DNA from: Methanothrix sp.
GTDB lineage: Archaea; Halobacteriota; Methanosarcinia; Methanotrichales; Methanotrichaceae
Assembly (NCBI GenBank): GCA_040770465.1
Contig: JAXGJB010000018.1
Location: 1 to 46,287, forward strand
Reading direction: 5' to 3'
DNA: 46,287 bases
The notes beneath the pieces were generated by a model. The model did not search any database. It was not told the DNA's origin and saw nothing but the letters and a program-made list of their open reading frames with translations. The translations under genes were made by a program, and so were the position numbers. Shown piece by piece: positions 37,017 to 44,533 of the stretch (position 1 is the first letter of the stretch; each line of letters starts with the position of its first letter).

Positions 37017-38396
37017 ATGCAAACTATGCGCATACCGTCTGAGATCCACGACTTCTTCGGGGTTGAAGAGGGGCAGACCCTCCTGGTCAAGGGGACTCCG
37101 GGCACCGGAAAGACTACCCTAGCCCTGGAGATCATGAGCTCCGTCTGCAAGAGGAATAACGGCATGTACATCTCCACCAGGGTCAACCCCCACCGGGTCT
37201 ACGCCATGTTCCCCTGGATCGGGGAGATCATCCCAAAAAGCAACGTCGTCAACGCCACCCAGAAGATGCTCCTTGAAAGCCTAAAGAACGTGGAGCGGGA
37301 GGGGTCCAGCTACGAGACGGTCCTCGACTTCTTCAAGACCTTCCTGGACCAGGCCGACGACATGGACGACCCCATGATCGTCATCGACAGCTGGGACGCC
37401 GTCATAAACTATACATCCCACATCCTCGGCGGAGCCCAGCACAGCCTCGAGCAGAACATCTGCGAGTTCGCCCGGGACATGGGAATCCACCTCATATTCG
37501 TCAGCGAGTCGGCAGACCTTCTCCCCCTCGACTACATCGTCGACGGCGTCGTAACCCTCGAGAACGTCAGGATGGCCGCCCCCCTGTCAGCCGAGAACCG
37601 GCCCGAAGGGATGACGACCAGGTACGCGCGAGAGATCAGGCTTGACAAGCTGAGGGGCGTAGAGATCGATCAGAAGATCTACACCTGCACCCTCCACGAC
37701 GGAAGGTTCCGTTACTTCGAGCCATCAATAGAAAATGCCAGCCCCCAGATCAGAATTTTATCCGACGTCGACAGGATATCCGACCCCACCGAGGGCTCCA
37801 TCTCCACGGGGATAAGCGACTTCGACAGGATCACCGGAGGGCTTGAGTTTGGGTCCTGCAACGTCCTGGAGATCGACCACGGGGTCGGCAAGAGGTACTA
37901 CCAGGTGCTGACGGCCCTCGCCTCAAACACAGTCAAGAACGGGAGGGCGGTCCACATAGTTCCGAGCATCGGCTACCAGCTCGCCCGAAGGGATATCTTC
38001 GTCCCCTCAAACGTGATGCTCCTGGAGCCGGGAGGCGACAGGGACAAGTGGTACCAGACCCTCTTCAAACACTGGGACAGCCTTAGAGAGAGGACGGGCC
38101 GGCCGATCCTCACCATCCTGGGCCTCGACTCGATGGAGTTCGCCTTCGGCTACGAGAAGATGCTCAGCGCCTCAAGCCGCATGTTCCAGAAGTGGAAGGA
38201 GACGAGCGACGTCAACGTCGTTGTCGTCAAGTCCGGCCAGAAGAGCATCAGGATGACCTCCCACGTAGCAGACACCTACTTCGTCATCAAGGAGCTGAAC
38301 GGCGGTCTCTGCATCTACGGCCTGATACCCAGGACCGAGCCCTTCTACATGGTCCAGGACGAGAGGGGAGACCTCAGGCTCGTTCCCATAGTATGA
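37017..38396 (+). CDS. KaiC/RAD55-like (GvpD-type) P-loop ATPase with degenerate second domain
   Basis: GTPGTGKT, IVIDSWD, DYIVDGVVTL, KLRG; second domain begins ISTGI.DFD..GG but has no Walker A. Confidence 0.83.
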   Translation: MQTMRIPSEIHDFFGVEEGQTLLVKGTPGTGKTTLALEIMSSVCKRNNGMYISTRVNPHRVYAMFPWIGEIIPKSNVVNATQKMLLESLKNVEREGSSYETVLDFFKTFLDQADDMDDPMIVIDSWDAVINYTSHILGGAQHSLEQNICEFARDMGIHLIFVSESADLLPLDYIVDGVVTLENVRMAAPLSAENRPEGMTTRYAREIRLDKLRGVEIDQKIYTCTLHDGRFRYFEPSIENASPQIRILSDVDRISDPTEGSISTGISDFDRITGGLEFGSCNVLEIDHGVGKRYYQVLTALASNTVKNGRAVHIVPSIGYQLARRDIFVPSNVMLLEPGGDRDKWYQTLFKHWDSLRERTGRPILTILGLDSMEFAFGYEKMLSASSRMFQKWKETSDVNVVVVKSGQKSIRMTSHVADTYFVIKELNGGLCIYGLIPRTEPFYMVQDERGDLRLVPIV

Positions 38397-38441
38397 GCCG
38401 GGCCCTCGTCTGAGCCGCTCAGAACCCGATTTTGCCAGACC

Positions 38442-38828
38442 TCAGACCCACCGTCCGCCTTCTGCCCGGATCTCCTTCTTCCATATGGGGACTCGCATCT
38501 TGATCCCCTCGATGATGTACTCGCAGCCTCGAAATGCCGCCTGCCTGTGGGCTGCGGTGCAGACGATGAGGACGATCCCTTCACCCACGGATAAAGGACC
38601 GACCCTGTGGATCACCTCGACGGATAAAAGGCCGAACATCTCCGTCGCCTCGTCCCGGATCTTCTCCAGTTCTCCAACGGCTACATCCCGATAGGCCTCC
38701 ACCTCCATCCCCAAAATCCCGTCGTCTCTGACGGTCCCAAGGAAGGAGACGACGGCTCCCGCCTCCGATCTTTTGGCCCTTGCCACAACGTCTTCGATGG
38801 AGAACTCTTCCTCGGTGATGTCGATCAA
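38442..38828 (-). CDS. moaE: Molybdopterin synthase catalytic subunit
   Basis: GAVVSFLGTVR, HRVG.L.VGE, HR.AAF, K..VPIWKKE. Confidence 0.92.
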   Translation of the reverse strand: MIDITEEEFSIEDVVARAKRSEAGAVVSFLGTVRDDGILGMEVEAYRDVAVGELEKIRDEATEMFGLLSVEVIHRVGPLSVGEGIVLIVCTAAHRQAAFRGCEYIIEGIKMRVPIWKKEIRAEGGRWV

Positions 38829-38890
38829 AGCTCAACCCTCCAGGTTCAAGAGATTTTAGCGAGATTCGAGCGAGTATTCAAGGTCGAGGT

Positions 38891-39169
38891 TCAACCGCCG
38901 GAGAAGGGCGGAAGAAGCGCCACCTCGTCCCCCTCCTCCAGGACCGTCTTTCCCGGATTGGAGAGGTCGATCCCCTTCCGGTTCAGCAGTATCGTCACAC
39001 CGTCGCCGATGCCCCCTTCGGGGGTGAATAGGTCGTCTCCGATCTCGGGGTTGGCGCGAGCGACCGCCTCCAGAAGGTCGCAAAGGGTGGAGCCCTCTTC
39101 GAGGTCGATGGCAGACTCCTCCCCAGCCATCTCCCTGAACTTCGCGAAGGCTCTCACCAGAACCCTCAT
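38891..39169 (-). CDS. moaD: MoaD/ThiS/SAMP ubiquitin-like sulfur carrier
   Basis: Beta-grasp pattern; GDEVALLPPFSGG C-terminal di-Gly; next to moaE. Confidence 0.88.
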   Translation of the reverse strand: MRVLVRAFAKFREMAGEESAIDLEEGSTLCDLLEAVARANPEIGDDLFTPEGGIGDGVTILLNRKGIDLSNPGKTVLEEGDEVALLPPFSGG

Positions 39170-39438
39170 CTCTTGGCCCTCAGCTTGGGGATCTCCTCAT
39201 CTCCTTCTATCCTCAAAACGAAGGTCCCGTAGCAGGGCTTGGTGTAGGGGAAGATCACCTTATCTCCATCGATTCCGACGAGGAGCGGAGGGACCCCGAT
39301 GAGGTGGACGTTGAAGATCCGATATCCCGGCGGTACCTCGACGGTCTCCTTGCAGTTCTTTTTTATGTACTCCCTCGCATCTTTGAATGAGCACTGGGAG
39401 AGGAGGATCTCGTACTTCATCTCCTCGATACAGCCCAA
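39166..39438 (-). CDS. DUF1894 family protein
   Basis: MGCIE..YEILL..SFK.AREYI..IG.PP..FPYTKPCYGTF. Confidence 0.8.
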   Translation of the reverse strand: MGCIEEMKYEILLSQCSFKDAREYIKKNCKETVEVPPGYRIFNVHLIGVPPLLVGIDGDKVIFPYTKPCYGTFVLRIEGDEEIPKLRAKR

Positions 39439-39918
39439 TCAGATCACCTCGTCTATCAGCTTCTTCAGCGGCATCGGGTCGTGGACCGCCTTTGCGGCCA
39501 GCTTTCTGCAGTCGAACTCGACCGTCTTCTCCAGCTCTTCGGCGCCCCGACCGAAGATCAGAAGGAATAGCTCGGACCTGGAGATGTAGCTGATGGTGCC
39601 GGCGTAGGTTATGCCGGCGTCGCTGTGGGCGAAGGCGAAGCATTCGTCGAAGTCGGTCTTTCCCTCCGAGATCATCGCTATGCACCGGTCGATGTTCATC
39701 GTCTCGCCGAGGTAGTGGCCCTGAGGGTCTGCAAGCTTCGTCAGCTTGAGGGCGGCGCCCGTCCCCGCCACCACCACCTCGTCCCCCCTCTCCCTCAGCC
39801 TGAAGGCGAGGTAGAGGGCGATGCTGGTCTGGACCGGAACCTCGGGACAGCCGAGAAGGATGAGGGACCTTCTCTTCCCCGACCGAGCCTCCGAGGCTGC
39901 ATCACCAGAACGTTCCAT
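39439..39918 (-). CDS. DUF1890 family protein
   Basis: LILLGCPEVPVQT..ALYL..ADP..HY..HSDAG..Y..A.HDPMPL. Confidence 0.82.
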   Translation of the reverse strand: MERSGDAASEARSGKRRSLILLGCPEVPVQTSIALYLAFRLRERGDEVVVAGTGAALKLTKLADPQGHYLGETMNIDRCIAMISEGKTDFDECFAFAHSDAGITYAGTISYISRSELFLLIFGRGAEELEKTVEFDCRKLAAKAVHDPMPLKKLIDEVI

Positions 39919-39943
39919 GTTACTTCCTTCGCCGCGTATCTAC

Positions 39944-40675
39944 TTAAATCTCTTCACTCCCGCAGTCGGGGCAGCCGGGGTTTCTCTCGACGGGGATCAG
40001 GTCGCAGCGGGCCTGCAAGCCGTCCCAGAGTAGGAGCCTTCCGCAGAGAAGCTCGCCCTCACCCGTCAGCCACTTTATCACTTCTGTGACCTGGATCGAG
40101 CCGATGACCCCGCAGGTGGCGCCCAGGGCGGGGCTCGTCACCTTCGGCGGCGAGCGGGGGAAGATGCAGCGGAGGCACGGTGTCTCTTTTGGGATGATGG
40201 TGGTGGCCTGGCCGTCGAAGCCGGATACGGCCCCGTGAAAGAGGGGGACCTTCGCCTCAAGGGCCGCCCTGTTGAGGAGGTGTCTTGCAGAAAAACTGTC
40301 CAGGGCGTCCACCACCACGTCCGCATCGCCGACCAGGTCTGCGAGGTTATCATCATTGGCGAAGGCACAGACCGCCTCAACCTCCACCTCGGGGTTGAGG
40401 CCCCGAATCGTCTTGGCCGCCGAGACGGCCTTGTGGCGGCCGATATCCTCCGTCCAGTGGAGGATCTGTCGGTTGAGGTTGCTAAGCTCGACCGCGTCGC
40501 CGTCGACGACGATGATCCGGCCGATGCCAGCAACGGCGAGATAGGCGGAGACCGACGACCCGAGGCCTCCGGCCCCGACGACGAGGGCCGTCGCCTCCTT
40601 TATCTTCTTCTGCCCCTCGGTCCCGAAGAGCCTGATCTGCCGGTCGTACCTGGCAACTTCTGAAGAATCTAGCAT
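39944..40675 (-). CDS. ThiF/MoeB/UbaA E1-like adenylyltransferase
   Basis: RYDRQI, GAGGLGS, SNLNRQILH, CLRC and CPDC Zn sites. Confidence 0.93.
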   Translation of the reverse strand: MLDSSEVARYDRQIRLFGTEGQKKIKEATALVVGAGGLGSSVSAYLAVAGIGRIIVVDGDAVELSNLNRQILHWTEDIGRHKAVSAAKTIRGLNPEVEVEAVCAFANDDNLADLVGDADVVVDALDSFSARHLLNRAALEAKVPLFHGAVSGFDGQATTIIPKETPCLRCIFPRSPPKVTSPALGATCGVIGSIQVTEVIKWLTGEGELLCGRLLLWDGLQARCDLIPVERNPGCPDCGSEEI

Positions 40676-40713
40676 CTCAGCCTCGTATGTTCAAAACGCG
40701 AAGATCTGGGCGA

Positions 40714-40992
40714 TCAGCCCCCCACCACCGCCGGGAAGAGGGCCACCTCGTCTCCCGCCGAGAGGGGCGTCTTGCTGCCCTCAAGAGACTCGAAGTGCCT
40801 GCCGTTGACCATCACGTTCACGTCCTCTCTCACCTTTCCTGAACCGTCGAATATCTGGTAACTCAGGTCTCCGGACCGCGAAGCTACCAGATTCAGAAGG
40901 TCGAGGACTGTGGAGCTGTCTGGAAGGTCTAGCTCCGTCTCTCCGCCCAGAAGGTCTCTGAACCGCGCGAAGGCTTTGAGTTTGATGATCAT
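40714..40992 (-). CDS. ThiS/MoaD/SAMP ubiquitin-like sulfur carrier
   Basis: VNVMVNGR..GDEVALFPAVVGG; ATGA overlap with tfuA. Confidence 0.9.
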   Translation of the reverse strand: MIIKLKAFARFRDLLGGETELDLPDSSTVLDLLNLVASRSGDLSYQIFDGSGKVREDVNVMVNGRHFESLEGSKTPLSAGDEVALFPAVVGG

Positions 40993-41642
40993 GATCGCTC
41001 CGCCATCTCCTTAATCCGCTCCAGGGCCCTGATGGCGTCCTCCCTCTTCAGATCCCTCTTCTCATCTCGAAGAAACTTTTTGAACCCCTCCCGCTGAGGC
41101 TCGTCGAGGCCCTTCGCCTCCACCAGGATCCGGTCGTAGCTTCGTTTTGGAAAGTAGAGGGACGAGGCCGCATCGAGGATCTTCCCGGCCGCGTCGGGGT
41201 CGATCGCCCCCGTCTCCAGGGCGGCCCTGACGTTCTCCCTTATGTTCACCAGGGGTTCGGACAACGGCGCATAGTTTACGGGATCGAAGATGAGAGCCAC
41301 CTCGTCGTCGGAGATGAGGTCGCAGTCTCGATACTGGCGGAAGATCTCGCCGACCCCTTCCATCCCGAAGGGGTACAGCTCTGCGGCCCGCAGAGCCCCC
41401 ATGCTGGAGGCTCCCACCACCGCGACCCCCATCTCCAGGACACTGAGAACCTCCTTGTGGGCGACGGCGCTATCCTGGAAGAAGACGCCGTCGATGAGCC
41501 CGATCACCCTCGCGCCCTCTTTTGCGGCCCTATAGACGTCTCCCCTCCTGGCGGGGGGGCGATACTCGGCGGGGAGGATCGCTTCGGCCGTGGCCCTATC
41601 GAGGCTAGGCCCGATAAAGACGACGATTTCTCTTGACCCCAT
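40989..41642 (-). CDS. tfuA: TfuA-like McrA-glycine thioamidation protein
   Basis: VFIGPSL, PPARRGD, IDGVF, HKE, GASSMGALRAAE, DDEVAL, DLKREDA. Confidence 0.93.
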   Translation of the reverse strand: MGSREIVVFIGPSLDRATAEAILPAEYRPPARRGDVYRAAKEGARVIGLIDGVFFQDSAVAHKEVLSVLEMGVAVVGASSMGALRAAELYPFGMEGVGEIFRQYRDCDLISDDEVALIFDPVNYAPLSEPLVNIRENVRAALETGAIDPDAAGKILDAASSLYFPKRSYDRILVEAKGLDEPQREGFKKFLRDEKRDLKREDAIRALERIKEMAERS

Positions 41643-42816
41643 CTCTCCACCGCTGCCCTCTTCGGTCCGGGTCCACGGCGCTCTGCTCGAGGCCAGGGAC
41701 CATCACCCTCACCACGGGGACGCCGATCTCTTCCCTGGTGAGGTCTACGACGATCGCTCTGTCCATGCCAGAGGCTTCGAGCCTTCTGAGCATGAGGTTG
41801 ATGTCGTCCAGGAAGTCCTCGCTGTCCTGAGACTCGATCTCGCCGAAGGATTTGGTCCCAATATCCTCAAACCAGTGCCGGTTCAGCCTCTTCGTCCTCT
41901 CGTATCCGATCTGTCTTCGGAAGTCTGCAGTCGTCGTGTCCTCTCTCGCCCCGTGGATCTGGGTCAGCCTGGACTGGGCGACCTCCGTCAGGGCTCGGAG
42001 GACGGCGACCTCGGCGCTGGTGTGGGTCCCCATCCCGATGGTGAGGAGGGCGGGGTCTTTCAGCTGAAGATCGTCGGAGGCCGCGGCTATGGTGGGGACG
42101 CCGACGTCGCTGGTGATGTCCTTGATCCTGACCTCCACCTCGGCCGAGGCGAACTTCTCGATCAGCCCCGCCGCGAGGCCGTCCTCGACATCGGTGACCA
42201 GGGGGCCGGTCCTCTTCACCGCCTCAACCAGGGACCAGGCGTCCCTCTCGATCACCTCCGAGAGGCCGTGGAAGACCGCCTCCTCAAGGACGTTCCCGGA
42301 GGCGAGGCCGTTGGTGTTCGTCCGAAAGAGCTGAGGATAGTTCATCGGAAGCGGGTGGAAGACTCCGCTTGCCGGGACCATCACCTCCTCCTTTCGGATC
42401 AGATCGAAGCCGGAAACCCAGGGGATCGCCATATCGGGATTCGATTCCTGGGGCGGGGCGAGGTCTCGCGGATCGACGGCGTTCATATCGGCCTTCAGCT
42501 TTGAGTAGCTCTCCACCAGAACCTCCCTGTCGTGGACCTCCGCCGAGTACCGCTCGATCCCCTCCATCATCGCCGAGACCCTCGCCTCGGCAGGGGTGGC
42601 TCCCTTCCCGTTGTAGACGGAGATCGCCCCCTTATCTGCGGCGGGCCTGATGCTGGAGAAGACCGGGATCCCGATCCTGTCCAGGTTGGTGATGTCTGCC
42701 ACCCTGGTTATCCCTGCAAGCTCCATCTTGGGCGCTATCCGATCGAGGGTCTCCTCTGGAGAGAAGGCCCGATGGGTGTCGGTCTTATACTTCTTTATGC
42801 AGGATCTCAGCTTCAT
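41605..42816 (-). CDS. ycaO: YcaO-related McrA-glycine thioamidation protein (methanogenesis marker 1)
   Basis: GITRVADITNLDRIGIPV, GKG, SAMME.IER, TNGLASGN..EA..E.IERDA, RA.TE.AQSR, VPGLE. Confidence 0.94.
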   Translation of the reverse strand: MKLRSCIKKYKTDTHRAFSPEETLDRIAPKMELAGITRVADITNLDRIGIPVFSSIRPAADKGAISVYNGKGATPAEARVSAMMEGIERYSAEVHDREVLVESYSKLKADMNAVDPRDLAPPQESNPDMAIPWVSGFDLIRKEEVMVPASGVFHPLPMNYPQLFRTNTNGLASGNVLEEAVFHGLSEVIERDAWSLVEAVKRTGPLVTDVEDGLAAGLIEKFASAEVEVRIKDITSDVGVPTIAAASDDLQLKDPALLTIGMGTHTSAEVAVLRALTEVAQSRLTQIHGAREDTTTADFRRQIGYERTKRLNRHWFEDIGTKSFGEIESQDSEDFLDDINLMLRRLEASGMDRAIVVDLTREEIGVPVVRVMVPGLEQSAVDPDRRGQRWRDGVKRNRRLYRA

Positions 42817-42989
42817 TCAGCATCAACTCATTCTGCTTAATTCGTTCGGCATCTTTCCGAATCCCCGGAAGCGCTCCGGGAATGATCTTCTGGCGATATC
42901 TCGGTTCGCGATAGCAAAGCCCGCGTTCCCCGATGGACTCCTCTTTCTCGCCCTAAATACATGTCGGGTTTTTCCCGTCGGCGAGGGGA

Positions 42990-44270
42990 TCAGATGACGG
43001 CTAGGAAGAACCAGTAGACGATGAGGTTTGCGGCGGTGAGGGGAGCCCCCACCTTAACAAAGTCGGAGAAGGTGATGGCAGTCCCCCTCATCTCGCCGTT
43101 CTGGACGATGATGACGTTGCTCGCCGCCCCGATGATGGTGAGGTTTCCGGCGATGGTGGACCCGGCCGCGAGAGCCATCATCCCCTCCACCGAGGAGCCG
43201 AGGTGGGAGAGGAGGGGGAGGTAGAGGGCGACGAAGGGGACGTTCGATATGAGCTGGCTTGCGAGAGCGCTCGTCAGAAGGATCACGGGAATCGAGGCGG
43301 CATCGAGGCCCGAGCCGTTCAACGCCCCCTGGAAACGGCCCGTATTCCAGACGCTCTCCATCAGGACGAACATCGAGGCGAAGAAGACGAGGGTCCTCCA
43401 GTCCGTCTTCCTCACCAGCTCGACCCTCCGGTGGCTGAAGACGAGGATGGGAAGAGCCGCGAGGAGGGCTATAGCCGTAAGGCCGAACGGGGATCCGAGG
43501 CCGAGGGAGACGGATGCGATCTTGAGACCGATCAGAGCCACCACCACGGCCAGGGAGATCTTCGAGAGGCGGGCAAGCTTCGGATCCGAGACAGAATCCT
43601 GGATGTGGTTGAGGGGACGGCAACCGAACTCCTCGCCGAAGAAGAGCCTCAGAACTCCGAAGGCGAGGAGGAGGTTGACGGCGGTGGGGATGGCGAGGTA
43701 CCAGAAGAAGGTGACGAAGGGGTTGGGGATGCCGTCGGCCAGGGCTATGAGCAGGTTCTGGGGGTTTCCTATGGGGCTTGCGACGCTTCCTGTGGTCACC
43801 CCAAAGGCGAGGGAGAGGAGGAGGAGCCGGGGCGATATCTCGTATTTCCGTGAGAAGTGGATGAGTAGGGGGGTTCCCGCGATGGCCAGGGTGTCGTTCA
43901 TCAGCAGCGCTGAGAAAGCTCCCGTCCCAAAGAGGATCGCGAGGACGAGCTGGTCGACGTTCTTCGCCCGCCTTAAGATCCGGCTGGCGAGGCTGGCGAG
44001 GTATCCGCTCTCCTCCAGGGCCACCCCGACGACGAACATCCCGGCGAGAAATAGCATCACATCCATGTTGATCGCCCCCAGAGCCTGGGCGGGAGAGATC
44101 GAGCCCGCGATGATGACGGCCGCGGCCCCCGCGAACATGATCTGCCAGATCATCACCCTCGTCCGCAAGAGCTGTCGCGTGGCGATGGCGACGAGGACCG
44201 CCGCCAGAACTAATAGCGGAAGGTCTCCGGCAGAGAAGATGGTCTGGGATGAGATCACTGTCTCGAGCAT
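42990..44270 (-). CDS. ArsB/NhaD/SLC13-type anion permease
   Basis: SALLMNDT, GS.ASPIGNPQN, SNVP, STIAGNLTIIGAASN. Confidence 0.9.
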   Translation of the reverse strand: MLETVISSQTIFSAGDLPLLVLAAVLVAIATRQLLRTRVMIWQIMFAGAAAVIIAGSISPAQALGAINMDVMLFLAGMFVVGVALEESGYLASLASRILRRAKNVDQLVLAILFGTGAFSALLMNDTLAIAGTPLLIHFSRKYEISPRLLLLSLAFGVTTGSVASPIGNPQNLLIALADGIPNPFVTFFWYLAIPTAVNLLLAFGVLRLFFGEEFGCRPLNHIQDSVSDPKLARLSKISLAVVVALIGLKIASVSLGLGSPFGLTAIALLAALPILVFSHRRVELVRKTDWRTLVFFASMFVLMESVWNTGRFQGALNGSGLDAASIPVILLTSALASQLISNVPFVALYLPLLSHLGSSVEGMMALAAGSTIAGNLTIIGAASNVIIVQNGEMRGTAITFSDFVKVGAPLTAANLIVYWFFLAVI

Positions 44271-44401
44271 GGGAAAGTTCTCTATTTTGGCTTGGGTCCA
44301 GGAGGTGCATCCTCAGGGCCGCTCTTTGAAGAGATGGGGAATATATACGCCTTTCTCTTTTTCTCCCTTCCTCCCTCTCCTTCATGCCGGATCGGAATTT
44401 T

Positions 44402-44489
44402 ATCAAAAAGAGACAAATCAAAAAGATACAATCAATAGGATAAAAATCAAAAAGATTCAATCAATAGGATAAAAATCAAAAAGATACAA
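44402..44489. repeat. AT-rich 29-bp tandem repeat (x2.6) built from 14/15-bp ATCAAWARGA units
   Basis: aaatcaaaaagatacaatcaataggataa at 44415, 44444 (1 mismatch), partial at 44473. Confidence 0.88.
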
Positions 44490-44533
44490 AGATATATCTA
44501 CGGAGAATACTTTGGAGAGTCTGAGGAGTTGCT

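Noticed and set aside
37017-38396. Circadian kaiC or gas vesicle operon
   Set aside because: Second domain lacks Walker A; no kaiB or gvp genes in the window
40989-42816. Thioamitide RiPP biosynthetic cluster
   Set aside because: Matches the methanogen McrA-modifying YcaO/TfuA type; no adjacent precursor, protease or exporter
44402-44489. Possible CRISPR array (29-bp repeats)
   Set aside because: Repeats are contiguous with no spacers, and there are no cas genes
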